This document shows, in pieces, positions 19,506-27,402 of a stretch of 33,870 nt of DNA (its first letter is position 1; each line of letters begins with the position of its first letter). A model generated the notes under the pieces. It was not told where the DNA came from. It worked only from the letters and a program-made list of their open reading frames with translations, and searched no databases. This DNA is from Flavobacteriales bacterium UBA6772. GTDB taxonomy: Bacteria; Bacteroidota; Bacteroidia; Flavobacteriales; UBA7430. A program made the translations under genes and the position numbers. Location of the stretch: the NCBI GenBank assembly GCA_002453265.1, contig DKGK01000015.1, positions 6,816-40,685 of the forward strand, written 5' to 3'.

Positions 19506-22500
19506 CTAAAAGTCTAGTGTTACACCTAAACGAAGCGTTCTTGGACGCGTGTAATTATTTGGGTTATTTAACTTTAATGAATATAAGTCAACGTAAGAGT
19601 TTGGGTCAACTTTATTTGGAACATCGGTTAAACCAACGGCAGAAGTAAGATAACCATCGTCATCTGCATTACCAGTATATTGGTAAATAGACACAATATT
19701 CTTAGTGTTCAATAAGTTTTGAACTTGGAAATAAACATTCATAGAAGTCGATTTCTTATCCTCTCCTTCACCCCAAGAAATATCGAAGCTTTTGTTAACT
19801 CTCATATCCATACGGAATCTCCACGGTAAACGTGATCCGTTTACACTTCCCTCTAAGTTAGATCTATCGTTTTCTCCAAAAACAGCCTCACGAGTAACAT
19901 TTAACTGTCGTGAGAATGGCGTTCCCGAACCTGCTGTAGCAACAAGGTTTACACCTGCATTTTCGAATATTGGATATCCTTTTACAGTAGGACCGTTGTA
20001 TTTGTTTCCTGAACCGTAACGGAAATCCATACTTGCAGTTAAATTATGACGTTGATCGTAATCTAAAGGCAAAGTAGTTCTTAAGTTAGGTTGGTCAGAA
20101 TTTACAATGTTTACACCTGAAGTTGATGAAGAACCAGAACCATCTGCAAACTGTAAAGTATAGTTTGCATTAAAGCTAACATTTCCTGTTCTACGCATTT
20201 CGTATGCAACAGACAATCCTTTTACAGTACCAAAGTCAATATTACCAAAAGTAAAATAGTCTTTTGGGTAAGCAAAGGCAACTTTAGTGTACTGAATCAT
20301 GTCTCTCATTTCTCTATAGAAAGCAGATATAGAAAGAGCAGAACTAGAAGATAAAGTTTGTTTAAACCCTAATTCGTAATCAGTAGTACGTTGAGATTTT
20401 AAATTTGGATTATTAATAGTTGTAGCTGTTAAGTGAGCTAAGTATAAATAATCTGTAGGATCCATTCTGTTTCTACTCGGACGTTGCGTTAATACATCGT
20501 AGTGAGCATAGAAAATAGCTTCATCAGAAATAGGAAAGTTGAAAGAAATACGAGGCATGAAAGATACTTGCGGTGTATAATCTTCAAATGCATCAGCACT
20601 TAATCCAGCATTTAAAGGATCCGTACCGGAATCCGCATCAGGATCTGCCAACATTGGAATAACACCAGTAGAAACATCTAATACTTTAGGATCTGTAATA
20701 GGAAGACCTTCTGCATTGTACCAGTTATCTCCATTTCTATATCCTGTAATATACGCAGCACTTACGCTATTATCAACATACACAACATAGTCGTCGCCAA
20801 TATTTGTTGGATGAGTTCCAAAATCGTTAACCTCTCCAGCTGTAAGTACATTGTAAAGCGAGTACCTGTCTTTTAATACTTCTTGGTTGGCATCGTATCT
20901 ATCTACACGAACACCAATATTGAAGATTAAATCTTCGAAAGCGAATTTATCTTGAATATAACCCGCTACATAAATAGGTTGAAAAGCACCCATTTCACGT
21001 TTATAATCTCCATTTTCATCTTTGTCGGTTAAGAATTCTTTCATTCCTGGCTGAACCCCTTCCAATTTATTACCCTCTGTATCGTAACCGTACCATGTAC
21101 CGTAAGACGAATTAGGATTTTGGGTAAGTAACTCATCAGCACTAAACATAGAAATATCGAAGTCAGAAGGCAAATAAGTATGAATATCTACAATTTGGTC
21201 GTAGCCAATTTGATGCGAATCTCTAAACTTAGTTGCGAAACTTGTCATTTCGTCGTAGTTGTAAATGTTTTGCTGCCCAACAAGAGTACCTTGATCATTT
21301 AAAAATTCGTAAGAACCTTCTTCGAAACCAATGTATTTATTTACTTGCTGTTGAGCTAAAGTCCATAATCCTACCGGTGTAACACTGTAGTATCTATCGT
21401 CTCTTTGCTCGTATTCGAAACCAAACTGTAATGCATGGTCATTAATATCGGCAGATGCAGAACCTGTAAAACGGAATTGAGCATCTTTACTTCTGTTGTA
21501 TCCGTTGTACTCTCTACCAGTATTATACCACACAGAATAAACGTTATCTGTACGATCTCCGTTTACTGCAGCACCTATACCACTTACTTGTGCCAAGTTA
21601 GTAATCCCTTGATTATCTAAATAGTCGAAATAAGTTTGCGTATAATTTGTAGCATAAGGATTTAAATTAGCACCTTCGAAAGCATAATTTGTAATTACGT
21701 TCGTTTGCTCAGCAAAATTGTAAAAAGGTACATTTTGTTGTAATTCTTCGTCAAAGTAAAAGCCACCAACTTCTACCATAGTATCAATAACACCACTTGG
21801 TGTATTCCATAATACATTTAAACTATCATCTGGGCTCCAAGGAGTATTGTAGTCTAAATTACGTTCTGGCGTAAATTTACCAATATACCCATAGTTAAAT
21901 AAATTGTCTTTGTGATCTGAATCTTGAGTAGTCTCATTGTCTTGAGAATAATCTGCCTGTAAAGTAAAGAATGCATTCTTTAAAGTAGAAGAAGATTGCT
22001 CTTCATCTGACGCACCAAAACTCTGCTGTAAACGAGAATAAACTCTCCAAGAATTCTTTATCGTTTCAGGATTATTTTCAGGATTGAATAAGCTATATGT
22101 ATAAATATACCCTCTATTTTTCGAATAAGAAAAGTTACCACCTAGAGTAATGTTTGTATTTTTAGAAGGCTTAAAATCTATTTTACCTTGTAAACTCGCA
22201 TTTACTTTCCCAACATTCTCTTTAGTGTCAACATATTCAAGATCCTCCATAGTAACAAATTCGGAAGCTTTTAAAGCTTGAACCTCACCTTGGCTACTAC
22301 TAAACAATAATGGGTTTGCTTGTAGCTCAGCCATTACATCGTCTTTAACCTTATACATTCCAACGGCAGAAGGATCTTCATTCTTTATCTTTTCGTATTC
22401 ACCAGACAAAAAGAAACCTAAGATAGAGTTACCATCTTTCTTCTTTAAAGGACCCGACAAGTTGAAACCTAATAGATTGTATCCATAAGGATCAAGAAGG

Positions 22501-23219
22501 CTAGAAGTTACAACTTCTACCCCACCGAAGAAATCGTTCGATGGACCTCGTGTTGTTATACTAATTACACCACCCATAGCATCACCATAAGAAGCAGGTA
22601 AACCACCTGTAATTACAGTCATTTGCTCAATTGCAGATTGTGGTATTTTATTCGAAGCTCTTACCTTAACCCCATCGATATAAAAGAAAGTAGCATCAGA
22701 ACGTGCACCACGCACATTTAAATCTCCACCTTCATCCTCCTGATAAATACCGGCAGTTTGTGCAGCCACCGACTGAACATCACGCGTTGGTAATGCAGTA
22801 ATTTCTTCCTTAGTTTTAGTAGTACCAGTTTTATCTGGATCGATAAGAGGGACTACATATTCAACTAATTCTACCGTTCCCAATACATCGGCCTCAACTT
22901 TAAGACCTGCGTTGATAAAAGTAATCTTGCTAGAAGAAACCAAAACTTCGGTAATCTCTTTGGTTGCGAAACCAATAAAAGACACTTTCACGGTGTATCG
23001 ACCAGGGTCTATTGGTTTAATAGTATACTTACCATCAAAATCCGCAACAGCCCCATCAATGACGGTTCCATTTGATTCTATCACAATATTTGCCATTGGT
23101 ACAGGCTCTCCTGTATCAAACTCTGTGATTGTACCTTTTAAGGTACCTGATTGCGACTGTGCTATAGAATAGTTTGAAATCCCGAGCAAGGCAATCACAG
23201 CTAATAATTTTCGCAGCAT
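19506..23219 (-). CDS. TonB-dependent-receptor-like outer-membrane protein with an N-terminal carboxypeptidase-regulatory-like domain
   Basis: 1237-aa ORF with signal peptide ...NYSIAQ. A CarboxypepD_reg-like segment (GTLKGTITEFDTGEPVPMANIVI...DGKYTI..PGRYTVKVSFIGF) is followed by a plug-like segment (LNVRGARSD..FYIDGVKV...IEQMTVITGGLPASYGDAMGGVISITT). A long barrel ends in the OMP-type terminal motif LRLGVTLDF. No SusD-like partner is adjacent. Confidence 0.85.
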   Translation of the reverse strand: MLRKLLAVIALLGISNYSIAQSQSGTLKGTITEFDTGEPVPMANIVIESNGTVIDGAVADFDGKYTIKPIDPGRYTVKVSFIGFATKEITEVLVSSSKITFINAGLKVEADVLGTVELVEYVVPLIDPDKTGTTKTKEEITALPTRDVQSVAAQTAGIYQEDEGGDLNVRGARSDATFFYIDGVKVRASNKIPQSAIEQMTVITGGLPASYGDAMGGVISITTRGPSNDFFGGVEVVTSSLLDPYGYNLLGFNLSGPLKKKDGNSILGFFLSGEYEKIKNEDPSAVGMYKVKDDVMAELQANPLLFSSSQGEVQALKASEFVTMEDLEYVDTKENVGKVNASLQGKIDFKPSKNTNITLGGNFSYSKNRGYIYTYSLFNPENNPETIKNSWRVYSRLQQSFGASDEEQSSSTLKNAFFTLQADYSQDNETTQDSDHKDNLFNYGYIGKFTPERNLDYNTPWSPDDSLNVLWNTPSGVIDTMVEVGGFYFDEELQQNVPFYNFAEQTNVITNYAFEGANLNPYATNYTQTYFDYLDNQGITNLAQVSGIGAAVNGDRTDNVYSVWYNTGREYNGYNRSKDAQFRFTGSASADINDHALQFGFEYEQRDDRYYSVTPVGLWTLAQQQVNKYIGFEEGSYEFLNDQGTLVGQQNIYNYDEMTSFATKFRDSHQIGYDQIVDIHTYLPSDFDISMFSADELLTQNPNSSYGTWYGYDTEGNKLEGVQPGMKEFLTDKDENGDYKREMGAFQPIYVAGYIQDKFAFEDLIFNIGVRVDRYDANQEVLKDRYSLYNVLTAGEVNDFGTHPTNIGDDYVVYVDNSVSAAYITGYRNGDNWYNAEGLPITDPKVLDVSTGVIPMLADPDADSGTDPLNAGLSADAFEDYTPQVSFMPRISFNFPISDEAIFYAHYDVLTQRPSRNRMDPTDYLYLAHLTATTINNPNLKSQRTTDYELGFKQTLSSSSALSISAFYREMRDMIQYTKVAFAYPKDYFTFGNIDFGTVKGLSVAYEMRRTGNVSFNANYTLQFADGSGSSSTSGVNIVNSDQPNLRTTLPLDYDQRHNLTASMDFRYGSGNKYNGPTVKGYPIFENAGVNLVATAGSGTPFSRQLNVTREAVFGENDRSNLEGSVNGSRLPWRFRMDMRVNKSFDISWGEGEDKKSTSMNVYFQVQNLLNTKNIVSIYQYTGNADDDGYLTSAVGLTDVPNKVDPNSYVDLYSLKLNNPNNYTRPRTLRLGVTLDF

Positions 23220-23384
23220 AAACTTATCTTTTAGTTTGGCCTAGATTTTTTTTCAATCTGGTAAATATAGAACTAATTAAAGTTCTATTCTAATACTTTT
23301 TTCAAGTAATAATCGTTTCACCTAAATTATTTGTTGTTTTTTTGCACCAACGGAATCAAACAAACCTCAATATCAACTATTTGT

Positions 23385-23801
23385 ATGAAACGAATACTTT
23401 TCCTTATTAGCCTTCTATTACTAATATATAGCTGCGATAAAGATAAATACCAATTCCCAGACGCACAGGTTAACACATTTTTATACCCGAATAATGTCGA
23501 ATTTAACGGCTTGAACTTTCCCGGAGGCTCAGCTTATATTAACGGTGGTGTTAATGGTATTTTAATATTTCACGATCTTTTTGATAATTATATAGCCTAC
23601 GACAGAGCGTGTACAAATGAACCCTTAAATAATTGTGAGCAGATTTATATTAACACCGAAGAACTAAATACACTTGCCTGCCATTGCTGCGATTCTGAGT
23701 ATTTTATTTATGATGGTGCGGTAATGCAAGGTCCAGCAAATTACTCACTCCACAGATACAACACTAGCTTTGATGGGGTTAAGTTAAGTATTTTTAATTA
23801 G
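23385..23801 (+). CDS. Small lipoprotein with a degenerate Rieske-like domain
   Basis: I moved the start to ATG 23385 (MKRILFLISLLLLIYSC, a lipobox). AYDRACTNEP and LACHCCDSEYFIYDGAVMQGPA resemble the two Rieske ligand loops (CxH / CxxH...GPA), but with the His ligands replaced. Confidence 0.6.
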   Translation: MKRILFLISLLLLIYSCDKDKYQFPDAQVNTFLYPNNVEFNGLNFPGGSAYINGGVNGILIFHDLFDNYIAYDRACTNEPLNNCEQIYINTEELNTLACHCCDSEYFIYDGAVMQGPANYSLHRYNTSFDGVKLSIFN

Positions 23802-24031
23802 CTGAATAGGGTAAACTCAAGTGAAGACTGATACAAAAAACATATCGTTATTCTTTTTGCCGTCAAAAGAGATAAATGACCTAAAAGACTGCTATGGAGC
23901 AGGATTATAAAAAGTTGTGTATTGAGTTATAAGTTTTACTTGATAAATCAAATGATAATTAAGTTGTTTTGAATTCTTATTAAACACTCTGTAATAAATT
24001 TTCATTTCTCAGATAAAAAATGATTAAAATC

Positions 24032-24057
24032 AAAAAATCGCCCAAGGGCGATTTTTT
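24032..24057. terminator. Bidirectional rho-independent terminator (serves ahcY and possibly the upstream lipoprotein gene)
   Basis: Perfect AAAAAATCGCCC-AA-GGGCGATTTTTT palindrome. Confidence 0.75.
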
Positions 24058-24164
24058 GATTTTATGAAATTAAGAATGTTTTTTAGGATTTAGTATCTCC
24101 TAAAATTATTAGAGCAATAAATGAGCCTTAACACCTCTAAATTCATAACCACTTGTTATACATA

Positions 24165-25466
24165 CTAATAACGGTAGTATTCTGGCTTGTAAGGTCCTCC
24201 AACAGGAACACTAATATAATCAGCTTGATCGTGACTAAGAACCTCTAGTACTACACCTAACTTTGCCAAGTGTAAACGAGCTACTTTTTCGTCTAAATGC
24301 TTAGGTAAGGTATAAACCTTATTTTCGTACTTATCAGAGTCTAGCCATAACTCTAATTGAGCTAAAGTTTGATTCGCAAAAGAGTTAGACATTACAAAAG
24401 AAGGGTGTCCTGTAGCACAACCTAAGTTTACTAATCGTCCTTCAGCTAATAAAATAATATCCTTACCAGCAATTGTATATTGATCTACCTGAGGTTTGAT
24501 TTCAACCTTTGAAGCTCCGTGGTTGTTGTTCAACCAAGCAACATCAATCTCGTTATCGAAGTGTCCTATATTACATACAATAGCCTTGTCTTTCATGTTT
24601 TCGAAATGACGACCTACTATAATATCTTTGTTCCCTGTAGTGGTAACAATAATGTCTGCCTGCTTCACAGCATCCTCCATTTTTTTCACTTCGAAACCTT
24701 CCATCGCAGCTTGCAAAGCACAGATAGGGTCAATTTCGGTAACGATAACACGTGCACCAGAAGCTTGTAATGACTGAGCAGAACCTTTCCCTACATCACC
24801 ATAACCTGCTACAACAGCAACCTTACCTGAAATCATAACATCGGTAGCTCTACGAATACCATCTACTAAAGACTCACGACATCCGTATTTATTATCAAAC
24901 TTAGATTTTGTAACAGAATCGTTTACGTTAATCGCCGGCATAACAAGCGTTCCGTTTTTCTCTCTGTCGTATAGACGGTGAACACCAGTAGTCGTTTCCT
25001 CAGACAATCCTTTGATATCTGCAACTAACTCTGGAAATCTATCGAAAACCATGTTGGTTAAATCACCACCATCGTCTAAAATTAAATTTAAGGCTTTACC
25101 ACCTTTAAAAGATTGAAGTGTTTGCTCTATACACCAGTCAAATTCCTCGTCGTTCATACCTTTCCAAGCGAAAACTGGAACACCAGTAGCAGCAATTGCA
25201 GCTGCAGCATGATCTTGAGTAGAAAATATATTACATGAAGACCAAGTAACATCGGCTCCTAAGGCAACAAGAGTTTCAATTAATACAGCCGTTTGAATAG
25301 TCATGTGTAAACAACCTGCAATACGAGCTCCTTTTAAAGGTTGTGCTGCTGCATACTCTTCACGAATAGACATTAAACCGGGCATTTCTGCCTCAGCCAA
25401 ACGAATTTCTTTTCTTCCCCAATCTGCTAAAGAAATGTCTTTAACTTTGTATTGAACTGCACTCAT
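24165..25466 (-). CDS. ahcY: Adenosylhomocysteinase
   Basis: 433-aa ORF with [15 protein letters not shown], the NAD-binding GYGDVGKG motif, HFDNEID and C-terminal [10 protein letters not shown]. All are hallmark SAH hydrolase motifs. Confidence 0.97.
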   Translation of the reverse strand: MSAVQYKVKDISLADWGRKEIRLAEAEMPGLMSIREEYAAAQPLKGARIAGCLHMTIQTAVLIETLVALGADVTWSSCNIFSTQDHAAAAIAATGVPVFAWKGMNDEEFDWCIEQTLQSFKGGKALNLILDDGGDLTNMVFDRFPELVADIKGLSEETTTGVHRLYDREKNGTLVMPAINVNDSVTKSKFDNKYGCRESLVDGIRRATDVMISGKVAVVAGYGDVGKGSAQSLQASGARVIVTEIDPICALQAAMEGFEVKKMEDAVKQADIIVTTTGNKDIIVGRHFENMKDKAIVCNIGHFDNEIDVAWLNNNHGASKVEIKPQVDQYTIAGKDIILLAEGRLVNLGCATGHPSFVMSNSFANQTLAQLELWLDSDKYENKVYTLPKHLDEKVARLHLAKLGVVLEVLSHDQADYISVPVGGPYKPEYYRY

Positions 25467-25498
25467 AGTTTCGTAATTTTTTAATAAACTTTAGACCA

Positions 25499-25506
25499 CA
25501 AAGATA
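25499..25506 (-). promoter_or_regulatory. Candidate -7 box (TATCTTTG on the minus strand) for ahcY
   Basis: The plus strand reads CAAAGATA, an exact reverse complement of TAnnTTTG. It lies 33 nt upstream of the ahcY ATG. Confidence 0.35.
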
Positions 25507-25584
25507 CAATAATAGAACCAGTAATTAATCACTATTTTTAAGGAGCTTTGAAGTTATATAATATGAATTTACAGAAGGCAAATC

Positions 25585-26610
25585 TTAAACTATAAAATCT
25601 TCTTTGCTCATACCTAACCATTCCAATGCAGACTTACTTAAAAGTTGTTCTTTTTGTGCATCGTCCCATGGCATGTTATTTATCAATTGTCCAGGCTGCA
25701 ATTCCCCTAAGGGGAAAGGATAATCAGTACCTAAAGCAATTTTATCGGCTCCAATAACATCAACAATGTACTCCAGCATTTTAGGGTCGTGTACAAGACT
25801 GTCAATATAAAACTTTCCTATATAATCTCTAGGATGCTTTTTATTATCAACTGCACATAAGTCTGGTCTAACGTCAAAGCCATGCGAAACCCGACCAATT
25901 GTTGAAGGAAAAGAACCACCACCATGAGCAAAAGCAACACGAAGTTCTGGCAATCTTTCGAAAACGCCACCAAAGATAAAGGAACAAATAGCCCTAGAAC
26001 TTTCTGCGGGCATGCCCACCAACCATGGTAGCCAATATTTATCCATATGCTCCTTAGCCATCATATCCCAAGGATGTACAAATACGGACATATCTAATTC
26101 CTGACAGGCTTCGAAAATTGGGAAAAACTCAGCTTCGTTTAGATTCTTATTGTTTACATGCGTTCCAATTTGAATCCCTTTTAATCCAATTTTTTTACAA
26201 CGTTTTAATTCTTGTATCGCCAAATTAGTGTCTTGCATTGGCAAAGTACCCAAGCCTGCAAAACGGTTTGGGAAACGACTTACGATATCAGCAATATGGT
26301 CGTTTAAAAACTCCGCTACTTCTAATGTATCTTTAGGTTCTGCCCAATAAGAAAACATCACAGGAACGGTAGATAAAACTTGTACATGAACACCATGCTC
26401 ATCGCATTCTTTCATTCTACTTTCTGCAGACCAACAATTATCATCCACTTCACGAAAAAATGTGTCGTCCATCATCATTTTAGCACAGCAAGGTTTGTGA
26501 TGCTCTAAATTGATAAATCCTCCGTAACCAAATTTTTCTTTAAAATTAGGAATATCTTTTGGGAGGATGTGTGTATGAATATCTATGGTAAATAAATTCT
26601 TTTGAGGCAT
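25585..26610 (-). CDS. 2-amino-3-carboxymuconate-6-semialdehyde decarboxylase (ACMSD; amidohydrolase_2 family)
   Basis: 341-aa ORF. IDIHTHILPK, FGYGG, LSTVPVMFSYWA, GLGTLPMQ, VFVHPWDM, YWLPWLVGMPAE, FAHGGGSFP, GTDYPFPLGE are near-identical blocks to animal ACMSD as I recall it. It lies 8 nt downstream of the HAAO gene. Confidence 0.85.
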   Translation of the reverse strand: MPQKNLFTIDIHTHILPKDIPNFKEKFGYGGFINLEHHKPCCAKMMMDDTFFREVDDNCWSAESRMKECDEHGVHVQVLSTVPVMFSYWAEPKDTLEVAEFLNDHIADIVSRFPNRFAGLGTLPMQDTNLAIQELKRCKKIGLKGIQIGTHVNNKNLNEAEFFPIFEACQELDMSVFVHPWDMMAKEHMDKYWLPWLVGMPAESSRAICSFIFGGVFERLPELRVAFAHGGGSFPSTIGRVSHGFDVRPDLCAVDNKKHPRDYIGKFYIDSLVHDPKMLEYIVDVIGADKIALGTDYPFPLGELQPGQLINNMPWDDAQKEQLLSKSALEWLGMSKEDFIV

Positions 26611-26618
26611 AATAATTT

Positions 26619-27149
26619 TTAAATAAATCGTATATCAGTATCCATTTCAGTTCCACATTTGTCGCAGGTACGCAAGTTTTTATTTGCGTAAAAATCTTTA
26701 AAACGAGGAAGGAAATCTTTTTCAATATTTGTTAATGGGAAATAAGTTTCGTGTAATTTATGGTTACAATTATCACAAAACCATAAAAGTCCGTCCATAT
26801 CATCTGTTCCTTTACGAACCTTTTCTATAACGAGTCCTACAGAACCTTCGGAACGGGAAGGCGAATGAGGAATTTTCCCAGGAAGTAAGAACATCTCCCC
26901 TTCTTTTATAGGAATATCTATAGCTTTTCCATCTTCTTGAATACGAACATTAATATCACCTTCCACTTGGAAAAACCATTCTTCGCTTTTGTTATAATGA
27001 TAATCTTTACGAGCATTTGGTCCGCCAACAATCATAACAATAAAATCGCCAGCTTGTTTATACAGATTTTTATTTCCGACCGGAGGCTTTAATAAATCGC
27101 GGTTTTCCGCAATCCACTTATGTAAATTAAAAGGTTTTTGTATAGACAT
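26619..27149 (-). CDS. 3-hydroxyanthranilate 3,4-dioxygenase (HAAO)
   Basis: 176-aa cupin with GGPNARKDYH, EEWFFQVEGD and FLLPGKIPHSPSR (iron ligands). A C-terminal Cys4 rubredoxin-like site is present (CDNCNH...CDKCGTEM). Confidence 0.9.
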   Translation of the reverse strand: MSIQKPFNLHKWIAENRDLLKPPVGNKNLYKQAGDFIVMIVGGPNARKDYHYNKSEEWFFQVEGDINVRIQEDGKAIDIPIKEGEMFLLPGKIPHSPSRSEGSVGLVIEKVRKGTDDMDGLLWFCDNCNHKLHETYFPLTNIEKDFLPRFKDFYANKNLRTCDKCGTEMDTDIRFI

Positions 27150-27202
27150 AGCGTTATTTTTAGAATGAGCAATATAGTTCTTTTGATTGAGTCAAACCTT
27201 TG

Positions 27203-27224
27203 TAGTTTTGTAATTTTATATTTG
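27203..27224 (+). promoter_or_regulatory. Two tandem -7-like boxes (TAGTTTTG 27203-27210, TATATTTG 27217-27224) with an upstream TTTG (27182-27185)
   Basis: Both are exact TAnnTTTG matches on the plus strand. TTTG lies 17 nt upstream of the first box. No annotated plus-strand gene begins for another 180 nt. Confidence 0.35.
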
Positions 27225-27279
27225 CATTTTTAATAAGAATACTATCTTTACGGTTCAAAATTCGCTTTAAAACTTTTTC

Positions 27280-27346
27280 CCTCACCCTTTAAAACACTCT
27301 TCCTAATAGGGAGAGTGAAGTTTCGAAAGAAACAGGGTGAGGTTTT
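27280..27346 (+). ncRNA. Candidate structured RNA element: three-way junction followed by a T-tract (sRNA 3' end or leader attenuator)
   Basis: P1 is CCTCACCCT (27280-27288) paired with AGGGTGAGG (27334-27342). P2 is CACTCTTCC-TAATA-GGGAGAGTG (27295-27317, one G-U pair). P3 is GTTTC-GAAA-GAAAC (27320-27333). TTTTGCGTTTTG follows. Confidence 0.35.
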
Positions 27347-27390
27347 GCGTTTTGATCTTTTTAAGTCAACACTTGACAGTTCAATTTAAT

Positions 27391-27398
27391 TATCTTTG
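27391..27398 (+). promoter_or_regulatory. Candidate -7 box (TATCTTTG) for the DUF3109 gene
   Basis: Exact TAnnTTTG match ending 4 nt before ATG 27403. A TTGACA-like element lies at 27373-27378. Confidence 0.35.
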
Positions 27399-27402
27399 CA
27401 GC

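Noticed and set aside
25467-25584. A possible SAH riboswitch in the ahcY 5' region.
   Set aside because: The 118-nt region is AT-rich. It has no GC-rich pseudoknot-forming stems of the kind that define the SAH element, and only a -7 promoter box was found.
27337-27402. GTG start for the DUF3109 ORF, as given in the ORF track (211 aa).
   Set aside because: The extra 22 residues (MRFCVLIFLSQHLTVQFNYLCS) are not family-like. The GTG lies in the 3' arm of the RNA-like stem, and an exact -7 box sits between the GTG and ATG 27403.
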